From positions 268,271 through 332,270 of IMG/VR virus record IMGVR_UViG_3300009703_004110: a DNA stretch of 64,000 nt; one strand, written 5' to 3'. Shown here one piece after another: positions 1 through 9,630 of this stretch. A program made the translations under genes and the position numbers. The notes under the pieces were generated by a model, which saw only the letters and a list, made by a program, of their open reading frames with translations, ran no database searches and was not told where the DNA came from. Numbering within the stretch: position 1 is the stretch's first letter; each line of letters opens with the position of its first letter.

Positions 1-83
1 GTTGACCTCTTACGCCAAGAAATGTTACTTCTGGATTCTTAATCTTAATCTCATAGCCCATAGAAGATGGGTTTCTTATTGCC

Positions 84-569
84 TTAAGAATACCTGGGTC
101 GCTCCACACTCTTTTCTTTTTTGCCGTCATCTGACCTCCGCTCTTCTTGATTATACAATCTTCTATAGCGAATAGTCAAAACATTTTTAATATGAGTTCT
201 TACCTTCTCTGATACATCGATCTTATCAATGATATCCCAAAAATCATTCTTGGTCAATCCCATCACGTATCGGCGCGTTTTATTACTTTCCATCTTTTCC
301 AATTCAACCATTAAATTGTTAAATCGGTTTATCAAACGCCCAGCTTTATTTGCTAAATACGGATCATTTATTTCATTTAGAATTCTAGCTAAATTAACTT
401 CTGCTCTTGCATTACCAAAAGTATAGTCCTCAAGACTTACTCTGTCCTGATCTAGGCTTTCTAATTCTTGCAAGCAGTCCTCGCAGGAAATAGCCGATTC
501 TATATCGGTCCATTTCCCACGAACATGAGTTGCTCCGCAGAGTATCCTCCCCTGTATTACATAATGCAT
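84..569 (-). CDS. hypothetical protein, N-terminal Cys/His cluster
   Basis: 161-aa ORF with RBS AAGGAAAGG; H..C...CxxC pattern. Confidence 0.6.
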   Translation of the reverse strand: MHYVIQGRILCGATHVRGKWTDIESAISCEDCLQELESLDQDRVSLEDYTFGNARAEVNLARILNEINDPYLANKAGRLINRFNNLMVELEKMESNKTRRYVMGLTKNDFWDIIDKIDVSEKVRTHIKNVLTIRYRRLYNQEERRSDDGKKEKSVERPRYS

Positions 570-722
570 TAAACCTTTCCTTAGAGCTTAATAGAGCATA
601 CAAACAATCGCCGCATAACTCGCAATCCTTATACTTCCATAAGTCTCTGGTTCTATAGACACAAGGACTGCCGCCTATATTAATCGAGCAAAACATGGGT
701 ATAGGGCTATCAGGATCTTCTG

Positions 723-748
723 ATATATATATATATATATATATATAT
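723..748. repeat. (AT)n dinucleotide microsatellite
   Basis: about 13 tandem AT units at the start of ORF 430-753 (gives YIYIYI). Confidence 0.9.
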
Positions 749-769
749 GCCATATACCGTTATAGCCCT

Positions 770-3454
770 TTACCCATCCAAAGTTGAAAGACAACGCTTG
801 CATGTTCCATCCGAAAGATCAGAGTATCTCCAGCACTTGTCACACTTCTCACCTTGATGCCTGCCTACCTTTACTGAGAACTCATGCGAAGCTCCGCCCC
901 AAACATTGATACCCGAAACAATAAAAGCTTCTGTTAAATCTACATGCTTGGAATAAACAGCTTTTTCGATTTCGCAAGGAGGATCGTTAACCGGAAGGTA
1001 TAGTGTTACATCCGCCTCTAGAGACTTATTAAGAACTCCATTAGCTCGTGCCTTTTCAACTTCTTTATTAACAACTTCTCTCATTTCAAAGATTGCATTC
1101 CACCTTGGCACAAGTGCCGCATCAAGGTGAGTATCTTCAGCCTCAGCCCATCCCGCCTGGAACACAGAGTCCCCAAGAAACATCGAACCAAACGTATCCA
1201 TTTCTGCCCAAACTTCTTCAGATAGATACGAACATACTGGCGCGATCATTCTAACCATATCCTGTAGGTAATAACAAAATACAGTCTGGACAGATCTACG
1301 CGCTACACTATCTGATCTTTCGACATACAACCTGTCTTTTGTGATATCCAGATAGAAGGCAGATAGTTTTTGGCGAATAAAATCCATAAGATCACGGTAT
1401 GCACCATAGAAGTCATATTCGTCATAAGCCTGGTTAAAGCGTACTTTCAACTCTTCCAACTCATGAAGCATATATCTATCAACTTCATGCATATCTTCTA
1501 ATGCAACGGAATCTGTTTCGAAATTGAAATCGGATAAGTTACCAAGAAAGAACCTGAATGTATTACGAAGTCTTCTATAATTTTCATTAACCTGATTTAG
1601 AATTTCATCAGAGATTCTTACGTCAGTTTTGTAATCTACAGATACTGTCCATAATCTAAGTACGTCTTTATTGTACCTGCTAACAACATCGTCTGGAGAG
1701 ACCACATTCCCAAGAGACTTACTCATCTTACGACCCTTACCATCAACAACAAATCCATGAGTTACAACGGCCTTGTATGGAAGCTCACTATCGCTTGCTA
1801 CCGCAGTTAGTAAGGAGGTTTGGAACCAGCCACGATATTGATCGTGACCTTCTAGATATAAGTCTGCATTTGATTTGCCAACTGCTCGGTGTGATACACC
1901 AGAGTCGAACCAAACGTCCATGATATCCGTCTCTTTTTTGAGTGAATCTACAAGTGGGTTACCACGTAGATCATACTCTAAACCAAGGGATAATCTTTCT
2001 CCAAGTAATTCTCTTGGTGACCAAGTAAACCATACCTCTGTGCCATACTCTTCAAATACTTCGAGCAATCGCGCAAAGATTCTTTGATTATAAAGAGGCT
2101 GACCATCGTGATAAAAGACAGGGATTGGTACGCCCCAAGCTCTTTGTCGAGAGATACACCAGTCCGGTCTACCAAGAATCATCCCGATCATCTTATCTCT
2201 GCCATGGGGCGGATAAAATTCAACTTCTTTAAGCGAAGCCAATGCCATCACTTCTAAAGTATCTTCTACCTTAACAAACCACTGATTGGTAACTCGAAAA
2301 ACGATTGGCTTCTTCGTTCTCCAATCATGTGGATATGAGTGAGTAAAGTCTTCTTCATAGAGGACCGCATTTAGAGACGCACGCACGCGCTTGTCTGCCT
2401 TCATATAGAAGTCGCCAGCATATACTCCGGCGAGATCATTATAGTGACCTCTTTCATCTAAGATGCAATCACTTCCTAATCCGTGTTCTTGTCCGATCCA
2501 ATAGTCATCTTCACCGTGTCCGGGAGCGATATGAACCAATCCGGTCCCCATTGAGTCGGTAACATGATGCCCAACTACAACAGGACATAGTTCGTTAGAG
2601 AATGGATGATAGTATTCTAAGCCTTCAAAGTCAGTAAATGGCTTTGTACGATAAGAATCTATTTCAAGCTTATCTACAAACTCTGTATAAAGGGCCCTCG
2701 CCAATACGTAACTTCTTCCATCATCCAATGTAAGCAATACGTATGGAACGTCTTTGCCATAAGCAACCGCTCTATTGGCCGGAAGAGTCCATGGTGTTGT
2801 AGTCCAGATTACCAGCTTAACTCTTGCAGTAGTTTCCAACTCGACATAAACCGCCTTAGCGGTCACGTCCTTATATTCAAGCTCTGCTTCAGCTAATGCC
2901 GTTTCAGAAGATGGCGACCAATAAACAGGACGCTTACCTCTGTAAACATATCCGTTACGAAACATTTCATTAAAAACTCTAAGCTGCTCTCGCTTATATT
3001 CTTCATCTAATGTTTCGTATCTATGATCCCAATCAGCATGGATACCTAAGCTTTGAAACTGACGCTCTTGTTCGTCAACCCACTTACGAGCATACTTCCG
3101 GCAAGCAGCACGGACACTACTTCCGCTACTATCTGTGGCCTCTTCCGATGCCTTTAGTTCGATTGGAAGTCCGTGAGTATCCCACCCAGGAACAAACGGT
3201 GCATTATAACCCTGCATTCTCTTTCGCTTTAAGATTGCGTCCTTAAGAACCTTATTTAAAGCGTGGCCGATATGGATATTTCCATTGGCATATGGAGGGC
3301 CGTCATGTAGGATAAATGACTCCCCGTCTTTGTTTAATGAGAGATCATAAACTTCTTGTTCGCCCCATAACTCTTCGGTATCAGAAAAGCTCTGATCGCT
3401 TGGACGCATCCCAAAGTCTGTCTTAGGAAGATTTAGTTTGTGCTTCTTTGACAT
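770..3454 (-). CDS. ileS: isoleucine--tRNA ligase
   Basis: LHDGPPYANG-HIGH, GWDTHGLPIE, WTTTPWTLP editing motif, KMSKS, C-terminal CxxC..CxxC; 894 aa. Confidence 0.97.
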   Translation of the reverse strand: MSKKHKLNLPKTDFGMRPSDQSFSDTEELWGEQEVYDLSLNKDGESFILHDGPPYANGNIHIGHALNKVLKDAILKRKRMQGYNAPFVPGWDTHGLPIELKASEEATDSSGSSVRAACRKYARKWVDEQERQFQSLGIHADWDHRYETLDEEYKREQLRVFNEMFRNGYVYRGKRPVYWSPSSETALAEAELEYKDVTAKAVYVELETTARVKLVIWTTTPWTLPANRAVAYGKDVPYVLLTLDDGRSYVLARALYTEFVDKLEIDSYRTKPFTDFEGLEYYHPFSNELCPVVVGHHVTDSMGTGLVHIAPGHGEDDYWIGQEHGLGSDCILDERGHYNDLAGVYAGDFYMKADKRVRASLNAVLYEEDFTHSYPHDWRTKKPIVFRVTNQWFVKVEDTLEVMALASLKEVEFYPPHGRDKMIGMILGRPDWCISRQRAWGVPIPVFYHDGQPLYNQRIFARLLEVFEEYGTEVWFTWSPRELLGERLSLGLEYDLRGNPLVDSLKKETDIMDVWFDSGVSHRAVGKSNADLYLEGHDQYRGWFQTSLLTAVASDSELPYKAVVTHGFVVDGKGRKMSKSLGNVVSPDDVVSRYNKDVLRLWTVSVDYKTDVRISDEILNQVNENYRRLRNTFRFFLGNLSDFNFETDSVALEDMHEVDRYMLHELEELKVRFNQAYDEYDFYGAYRDLMDFIRQKLSAFYLDITKDRLYVERSDSVARRSVQTVFCYYLQDMVRMIAPVCSYLSEEVWAEMDTFGSMFLGDSVFQAGWAEAEDTHLDAALVPRWNAIFEMREVVNKEVEKARANGVLNKSLEADVTLYLPVNDPPCEIEKAVYSKHVDLTEAFIVSGINVWGGASHEFSVKVGRHQGEKCDKCWRYSDLSDGTCKRCLSTLDG

Positions 3455-3974
3455 GCTTTCTCTCTTTTACTTTCTTTCGTTTTAATTTTCCGAGAGCCGA
3501 TTTATTAGGAACAGATATCATCTGTTCTTCATCAATCTGGTCACCAAAAGAATAGTCTGCTGGTATAGCATTACACCAACTTACTTCTTTCTCGGCAATG
3601 CGATTCCATCTTTTGACCTTTATTAAGTCGCCATGTTCTGCACCACGTACTTGCTCTATGTTTTCGAAAAGTCTGGTAATTCTATCTGAATTTAATGCAA
3701 ATATAGGATCATTCAAAATTACCACGGAGGCGTTTGTACCCTCTCTGACCATATGCTTTGAGCCGTACCACCCATTATATGTAACAGTGTGAACACAATG
3801 CGAATAGTTCGAGCCGGCACCCTTGGTGATAGAGGTGACAACGCCGACATACATATTTCGCTCGCCCTGCCCCGCCTTGCTATAGGCAATTACCTGTCCT
3901 CTGACAAGCTCATTCCCCATTATATCAAGTACAGGTTTCTCTGAGTTTACTAGTTCATATATTTCATCACTCAT
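3423..3974 (-). CDS. hypothetical protein (N-terminus D-x-x-G-x-E-x-x-x-G like 9175-9522)
   Basis: 183-aa ORF downstream of the promoter motif at 3981-4010. Confidence 0.65.
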   Translation of the reverse strand: MSDEIYELVNSEKPVLDIMGNELVRGQVIAYSKAGQGERNMYVGVVTSITKGAGSNYSHCVHTVTYNGWYGSKHMVREGTNASVVILNDPIFALNSDRITRLFENIEQVRGAEHGDLIKVKRWNRIAEKEVSWCNAIPADYSFGDQIDEEQMISVPNKSALGKLKRKKVKERKHVKEAQTKSS

Positions 3975-3980
3975 TTATAT

Positions 3981-4010
3981 ATTACCCTCAGCTTTTTCTT
4001 TTTATGTCAG
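3981..4010 (-). promoter_or_regulatory. putative phage promoter, class A motif
   Basis: CTGACA-TAAAAAGAAAAAGCTGAG-GGTAAT; the same 30-nt pattern occurs at 4 other intergenic sites. Confidence 0.65.
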
Positions 4011-4025
4011 GTTTATATTCTCAAA

Positions 4026-4207
4026 TGGTAGGGGTTAGAAGACTCGAACTTCTTTGCGCCATAATAGTCCAACTCCAACTTCATGTTGCATATCGATCGC
4101 TTTGCAACTTCCATTCTTGCTGAAAACGAGCCGCCACATCACCCGTTCCTAGGTTGGGTATTGCGCACACTCTTATGGTTCGTTTTACACATATAAACTA
4201 AACCCCT
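4026..4207 (-). ncRNA. tRNA-like RNA with an insert of about 110 nt replacing the anticodon loop
   Basis: acceptor AGGGGTT/AACCCCT+ACCA, D arm GTTT/AAAC, T arm AGAAG-TTCGAGT-CTTCT, CCATAA/TTATGG closing the insert. Confidence 0.7.
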
Positions 4208-4210
4208 CAA

Positions 4211-4285
4211 TGGAGCGGATAACTGGATTCGAACCAGCGACATTTACGTTGGCAACGTAATGCTCTACCACTGAGCTATATCCGC
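4211..4285 (-). tRNA. tRNA-Gly(GCC)
   Basis: cloverleaf, TTACG-TTGCCAA-CGTAA, CCA end. Confidence 0.95.
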
Positions 4286-4571
4286 AAATGGGCCAGTCCT
4301 CATTTCTTTTTAAGTCTGACTCACCGCCTTCTTAAAATACCAGATTAGCAGTATTCTAAGCAATTTGTTCTGGCCGCAACCCAGAACACCGCCTTTAGTA
4401 ATAATTTGTCCACTCCTGATCAAATTGGTGGGACACCGCCTTTTAAATTACAATACATATGTGAGGAAGATGTATCATGCGATTGGTTCATCGACAACGC
4501 TTTTTTAGCTGGCCTTGAACACACCGTCTATAAAAATATTAGCTTATCACATGACACACCTTCCTGTTTTA

Positions 4572-5750
4572 TTACTCTACAATACTGGTAACGTAACCGG
4601 CGCCGACAGTCTTGCCTCCCTCACGAATGGCAAAACGCATCTGCTCTTCCATACCAACAGGCTTCTGTAGACGGAAAGTAATATCCGCACGATCACCTGG
4701 GTTTACGATACCCACCTCTCCTACATCAATAGTACCAGTTACATCAGTAGTTCCGAAGAAAAACTGAGGACTGTAACCAGTTCCGAATGGACGGTGACGG
4801 CCGCCCTCGTCCTTAGTAAGAACAAGAACGTGAGCAGTTGCCTCAATGTGAGGAACAATAGCACCAGGAGCAGTAATTACCTGACCTCTCTGGACGCCAT
4901 CACGCTTCACACCACGAAGTAATAGACCAACGTTCATACCAGCTACTGCTGCATCAACATCCTTGTGGAAAGCCTGAGTACCAGTTACCACAGTGTCTTC
5001 GCCTTCGCTGTCAAGACCAACGATCTCAACCTTATCACCAACCCGTAGGGTTCCTCTTTCTACCTTGCCAGTAACTACGGTTCCACGACCCTTGATGTTA
5101 AATACATCTTCAATAGGCATCATGAAAGGAGAGTCATAGTCACGAGTAGGCTCAGGAATAGCATCCAAAGCTGTTACCAACTCTGTAATACAATTCAAAG
5201 CCTCGGCCTCGGCGTCTCCGGCGAGTGCGGCATTAAGAGCTTGTAGAGCGCTACCAAAGATAAAGGCCACATTGGTGTAACCATTGGACTCCAGTTGCTC
5301 TTCCACTTCCATCTCAACTAACTCAAGTAACTCAGGATCAGCTACGTCACACTTGTTAACGAAAACAACCATGTGCTCAACGCCGACCTGACGAGCCAAT
5401 AGAATGTGCTCAACGGTCTGCTTCTGTGGTCCTTGAGAACCATCGACAAGCAAGATTGCTCCATCCATCTGAGACGCGCCAGTAATCATGTTCTTGATAT
5501 AGTCAGCGTGACCCGGACAGTCAATGTGTGCATAGTGACGAGTGTCACTCTCGTATTCTACGTGAGAGGTATTAATGGTAATACCACGCTCCCTCTCTTC
5601 TTTGGCATTGTCAATCTCATCAAAAGACTTAGCCTTGCTTCCCTGCAATACTGCCTGTACCTGAGTAATAGCAGCAGTTAGAGTAGTCTTACCATGATCA
5701 ACGTGGCCGATGGTTCCTACATTTATATGGCACTTAGATTCTGTACTCAT
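4572..5750 (-). CDS. tuf: elongation factor Tu
   Basis: [25 protein letters not shown]; start reassigned to ATG 5750 (RBS, ATGA overlap with upstream HNH). Confidence 0.97.
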   Translation of the reverse strand: MSTESKCHINVGTIGHVDHGKTTLTAAITQVQAVLQGSKAKSFDEIDNAKEERERGITINTSHVEYESDTRHYAHIDCPGHADYIKNMITGASQMDGAILLVDGSQGPQKQTVEHILLARQVGVEHMVVFVNKCDVADPELLELVEMEVEEQLESNGYTNVAFIFGSALQALNAALAGDAEAEALNCITELVTALDAIPEPTRDYDSPFMMPIEDVFNIKGRGTVVTGKVERGTLRVGDKVEIVGLDSEGEDTVVTGTQAFHKDVDAAVAGMNVGLLLRGVKRDGVQRGQVITAPGAIVPHIEATAHVLVLTKDEGGRHRPFGTGYSPQFFFGTTDVTGTIDVGEVGIVNPGDRADITFRLQKPVGMEEQMRFAIREGGKTVGAGYVTSIVE

Positions 5751-6316
5751 TTTATTTTCCCTCTTTCTATTGTTGTATATGAAATAATTTTTTTCATATG
5801 TTGAATCCACTCATCAAATGAATGAGAGCGCTTCATATAGTTGCAAGTTTTGCAACATATTTTAATATTGCTTAATACATACCCAACATCATTATTGGGT
5901 CTGTCAAGCCCTATTGTATCTATTTTTGAACCACAATATTCGCATGGTTTTTGCCACAAAGATTTAAACTCAATAAAAGATATACCAAATTTATATCCAC
6001 GTCTTTCAGCTTCGTTTTTATAAATAGTGTATTTACTGACCGGCGAATATCTGTGCCTATCTTTGCACGGTTTACAGTTGGGGTGATACCCATCCTTTCT
6101 GCTTGCTAATTTGTGATATTCAGCAATCGGTTTTTTAACATTACAATGCCCACAAACTTTTTCTGTTATAGCGGGCTTTGCCTTTGTTTTCATTTCTGAT
6201 TGAATTTTCTTTACGCAGTCCTTACATCTGGCCATCACACCCAATCGGCAAGTCTTGTTTTTATAAAACTCTGAAAGCTCTTTCACCTTACTACACTTAG
6301 TACATGTTTTCGTCAT
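5747..6316 (-). CDS. HNH-type homing endonuclease
   Basis: repeated CxxC..K...EFY modules, CEYCG..GLDRPNN..GY..SN...CCKTCN; AT-rich. Confidence 0.85.
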   Translation of the reverse strand: MTKTCTKCSKVKELSEFYKNKTCRLGVMARCKDCVKKIQSEMKTKAKPAITEKVCGHCNVKKPIAEYHKLASRKDGYHPNCKPCKDRHRYSPVSKYTIYKNEAERRGYKFGISFIEFKSLWQKPCEYCGSKIDTIGLDRPNNDVGYVLSNIKICCKTCNYMKRSHSFDEWIQHMKKIISYTTIERGKIK

Positions 6317-6358
6317 AATATATTCTCCTATAACGATTGTACCAAATAACTTTAGGAA

Positions 6359-6628
6359 CTATTGATTAATTTTAATCCCAAAATCTTGATCATTCTCTGA
6401 GGCTTTTAAGATCTCTATGAATGCATCAATATCTTCTTTACTAGGTGTATAGTCATCGCTACCAATATTTACAACAGTCACAGAAGATAAGTCCATAAGT
6501 GCGGCTAGTAAAATTTTTTCTCTAAGTGGGACACCATTACCATCTGTGTACGGTGAAGCTCTAGACCAGATGCGATCACCTGTCGCATCAAGCCTTCTGC
6601 TGATTTCACATACATTCCGGTCTAACAC
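6359..6628 (-). CDS. hypothetical protein
   Basis: 89-aa ORF in gene-dense orientation. Confidence 0.5.
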   Translation of the reverse strand: MLDRNVCEISRRLDATGDRIWSRASPYTDGNGVPLREKILLAALMDLSSVTVVNIGSDDYTPSKEDIDAFIEILKASENDQDFGIKINQ

Positions 6629-6872
6629 GTCAGAATATATTAGATATAGAATTGTTAGTGACGACTATTCGTGCAGGCATATCATTGACCTGCCCTTCCC
6701 AGATAACTTTCGGATATTCGCTCATTATCTCTCCATATAAATAATCCTAACATAGCTTTTTAAGACTACATCAGGACATTGAATCAAGACCTCTCCATTA
6801 CTAGATAGACAACGCTAACCAACTCAGCGCAAAAGAGTGTAAGTCTATAGTGGGTATTTCTACCGTCTTGAA

Positions 6873-6984
6873 TGAAGTCACCAAAGGGACTCGAACCCTC
6901 GATCTCAAACGGGGGAGGTCCACCCATCGATCGCGCCCAACCAATAGCCCCTTCCTCTCAGGACTAAAGACACCTGCTGATGAC
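6873..6984 (-). ncRNA. tRNA-like RNA with a non-canonical expanded core
   Basis: acceptor GTCATCA/TGGTGAC, T arm GAGGG-TTCGAGT-CCCTT, 3' TTCA; no canonical anticodon arm. Confidence 0.55.
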
Positions 6985-6992
6985 ATAAAAAT

Positions 6993-7119
6993 AGGGTGCG
7001 TTTTGTTGTAACGGTGTCCTACCATTAGACGATCACCCCATAAGATGGTGGGGCGAGTGGGATTCGAACCACACATTACCGGCTTTTCATGCTTAACTTT
7101 GGATTGCTGTTTACACCCT
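6993..7119 (-). ncRNA. circularly permuted tRNA-like RNA (YrlA/Y RNA-like architecture)
   Basis: order is T arm, 3' acceptor strand+ACCA, TCTTA loop, 5' acceptor strand, D arm; ends paired AGGGTGT/GCACCCT. Confidence 0.75.
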
Positions 7120-7121
7120 TA

Positions 7122-7197
7122 TGGCGGACTGTGGGGGTTACGATCCCCGTACTTCAGCGTGACAGGCCGATGTGTTACCAATTACACCACACAGTCC
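7122..7197 (-). tRNA. tRNA-Asp(GTC)
   Basis: TCGGC-CTGTCAC-GCTGA, GCCA end; variant T loop ATCGTAA. Confidence 0.9.
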
Positions 7198-7414
7198 ATA
7201 TTATCTTGCGCCTATTAATTTTTCAATACAGGCTTCTAACTCTTCTTCTTTCATCTTTTTAATGCCATGTTGTGTTCCTTGGGAGTATCTCCCAAGCGAC
7301 GATCCCATTTGCAATGAGCCATATCACAACCATGATAACAAAAGCTATCAGAGCATGGTCCCATCCACTTATCTCGTTCTTCTGAGACTATCTTATATTG
7401 TTCAGATGGGAACT

Positions 7415-7780
7415 TCATATGTTCTCCTTAATTTGAAATAATGCATTTATCCATTCCGGTGTAATACCCCTAGAGAATACTACCCATCCTATGACATTAT
7501 CTTCATCAATTAAAGCTCTCGCTTCTTCCATTGATTTACCAGTTGTTAAAACATCATCAACTATTAAAAAAGGCAACTTTGAATTTTCAGGTATAACATG
7601 AGCCTTTGCTAATGGTGTACCACCAGTTGGTACCCCATATACGCCTCTAAAGTTTTGATACTCGGAAATCATATATGCCAAAGTTTTCCAATCTTCATCA
7701 GTTAGGGCATCACACTCTATCTTCCAGCCAGCTAAACGTCCGGCATATGTAGTAAACTTTTTTCTTTCAAAGAGCGGCAT
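7415..7780 (-). CDS. type I phosphoribosyltransferase-like protein
   Basis: PRPP-binding motif LIVDDVLTTGKS, GVPTGG. Confidence 0.8.
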   Translation of the reverse strand: MPLFERKKFTTYAGRLAGWKIECDALTDEDWKTLAYMISEYQNFRGVYGVPTGGTPLAKAHVIPENSKLPFLIVDDVLTTGKSMEEARALIDEDNVIGWVVFSRGITPEWINALFQIKENI

Positions 7781-8078
7781 TTAGTCTTTCTCTCCAACCA
7801 ACTACAAATTCTTCTCCGTATGTATCACGAATAATAAACTCCAATTTATTGATTGTTCGATCAAGCTTCCAATTATGCTTAGTAGCATTTTTCAGAAAAT
7901 GAATCCAGTCTGGCATCATACCGTGTTCTTTTAGGGACCATACAATTGTTTCGAGATCAATCCCTTTCTCGCTTACAAATCTAAATGCGCCTCTTACAAT
8001 CTTTATACCGTCGTCAGTTTCGCCCACAATTTCAAAATGAGGCTTTGTCTTTTTCTTTCTACCCATGACGACCCCCAA
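7767..8078 (-). CDS. hypothetical protein, weak resemblance to the AlaRS helical motif
   Basis: GAFRFVSEKGIDLE..PDW..F resembles AFKLYDTYGFP..VD..GF. Confidence 0.5.
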   Translation of the reverse strand: MGVVMGRKKKTKPHFEIVGETDDGIKIVRGAFRFVSEKGIDLETIVWSLKEHGMMPDWIHFLKNATKHNWKLDRTINKLEFIIRDTYGEEFVVGWRERLNAAL

Positions 8079-8260
8079 GGATCGTACTTTGGATAGAGGT
8101 TAGGCTGCTTCCCGCTGTGTCATAACTTCTCCCTATCTAAAATTTTAGTCGCCAAAAACTCCCGGGCTTCTGTCGTGGCGGTCGATGCTGGGTCTCTCAC
8201 CCATCCAATTGAATCCCTTAATTTACCCCGGTAATGAGCACCTGCTTTCGCAGACTAAAA

Positions 8261-8335
8261 TGGTAGCCGATGACGGATTCGAACCGCCGACCTTCGCTTT
8301 GTAAAAGCGACACTCTCCCGCTGAGTTAATCGGCC
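8261..8335 (-). tRNA. tRNA-Val(TAC)
   Basis: TCGCT-TTTACAA-AGCGA, ACCA end. Confidence 0.93.
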
Positions 8336-8384
8336 AGATACCATGATTTCTATTTCTACTAATAATACCAAAAGAAAGCAATTT

Positions 8385-9140
8385 TTAATTATCTATTTTT
8401 TCTTGGCCCCAATACCATGTGCTATGCGACTCTGCCTTGAACCGCTCTTTGCTTTTGCTATTTATATGATTAATTCTTTCGTTGTATAGATATTCTAAGT
8501 AACCCTTTGGATCTCTTCGACTATTATAACTTCTACCGGTAGTAGAAACTTTAGTAATGCCGCCTAGAACCATTGGCAAAACATTTTCTGGACAATTATT
8601 TATTGTATAGGTTATTACCTCTACGTTTTTTGATCTTGCAATAATATCCCATGCGCTGCCAGGAAGGTTGCCGGCTGCTAAGTTTCTATGAACCCAATCG
8701 CCATTACTTCCTGATGTAGCGTACGTCTTTATATAATATAGCTTACCCGAATCTGGTAGCAAATCTTTATCTAACGCCCTTATTGCAACACCCTTTCTAA
8801 ACTCGGAAGAAAAGCCAAAGCCTCTCTTCTTTGCCGCAAGGAATAGCTTATCCAAATAAGCCCTACAAACATCGGGATGAGAATCTAGCATTCTTGAGAA
8901 CATATCTAAGAATAGCCGCGAAGCACCATAGTGACCAGTGTCAGCTAGTAAGCCCTTGCGAATTAGAAAGTCTACACCAGGATCTTCTGGAACTTTCCAA
9001 TCATGCTTTAAGCTAATTTCCTTAGGAAAAGAATCAGTTAGTATCTTTGCGTCTTTCATCTCTCTAATGCCGATCATTAAGACCGCATTTATATTATCTA
9101 ACTGATCTTGCGTTAATTCAATAGATATTTTATCAGACAT
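8385..9140 (-). CDS. hypothetical helical protein (possible paralog of 21780-22505)
   Basis: 251 aa; segment INNCPENVLPMVLG resembles IERAPLDKLPFLLG. Confidence 0.65.
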   Translation of the reverse strand: MSDKISIELTQDQLDNINAVLMIGIREMKDAKILTDSFPKEISLKHDWKVPEDPGVDFLIRKGLLADTGHYGASRLFLDMFSRMLDSHPDVCRAYLDKLFLAAKKRGFGFSSEFRKGVAIRALDKDLLPDSGKLYYIKTYATSGSNGDWVHRNLAAGNLPGSAWDIIARSKNVEVITYTINNCPENVLPMVLGGITKVSTTGRSYNSRRDPKGYLEYLYNERINHINSKSKERFKAESHSTWYWGQEKIDN

Positions 9141-9174
9141 TCTTCCTCTTGTTATTCGGCTAATATGCCGAGCC

Positions 9175-9522
9175 TTACAATGCTTTGCATATGAATCCTG
9201 ACGGCATCTTTTCGTTTTTTAATGCAAACTTTAAAATTGCAATTATAGAGGCACGGAAAGAAGCGTGAGAACCTTTTGGTATTTCATCTATTATATAGAG
9301 CTGTTGCTCCGATCGTTTTAAATTATGAGCCCTTCCGCTTTCAAAAATAAAGGTATTATTTATGTAATCGTATTTACCTGTTGCGGTGATGACTCTTAAT
9401 GACTTTGCATTTATTTTGGTAATTATAGCTGGATGATATGAGCAATTAGTTCTGCCCATAGCACCTTCAAGGTATAAGACTATATCACCTACTTGGATTT
9501 CTCTTCCAGTTACATCAGTCAT
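9175..9522 (-). CDS. hypothetical protein
   Basis: 115 aa, MTDVTGREIQVGDIV N-terminus typical of small phage proteins. Confidence 0.65.
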   Translation of the reverse strand: MTDVTGREIQVGDIVLYLEGAMGRTNCSYHPAIITKINAKSLRVITATGKYDYINNTFIFESGRAHNLKRSEQQLYIIDEIPKGSHASFRASIIAILKFALKNEKMPSGFICKAL

Positions 9523-9533
9523 GCTACTTCCTA

Positions 9534-9630
9534 TGGAGGCAGGCTGGGAGTCGAACCACGAGCAGCATAGGGTATGAACCTAGCCAGCCCAATCCCGAAG
9601 GATAACCGGGGCTATTAAGCTTTTCCTGCA
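9534..9630 (-). tRNA. atypical tRNA (CAT anticodon) with an inserted UUCG hairpin in the D region
   Basis: TAGG-TTCATAC-CCTA arm, TTCGACT T loop with a weak stem, GCAGG/CCTGC acceptor, TCCA end. Confidence 0.55.

Noticed and set aside
723-748. (AT)n tract as a phase-variation switch
   Set aside because: Cannot be distinguished from an assembly artefact, and ORF 430-753 overlaps the next gene by 140 nt, so its frame is doubtful
4026-4207. tmRNA or group I intron-containing tRNA
   Set aside because: No G3-U70 pair, a true D stem is present, the length is too short, and no tag ORF or group I core was recognised
4322-4566. CRISPR array
   Set aside because: The repeat is only about 9 nt, spacing is irregular (about 35-90 nt) and there are no cas genes
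6801-7076. ORFs overlapping tRNA genes (also 24115-24435, 38043-38354, 40764-40991, 42755-42985, 42868-43053)
   Set aside because: They translate tRNA or ncRNA sequence and have no protein features
7201-7418. Small frameshifted ORF between tRNA-Asp and the PRTase gene
   Set aside because: Two alternative frame corrections are equally plausible, so no product can be supported
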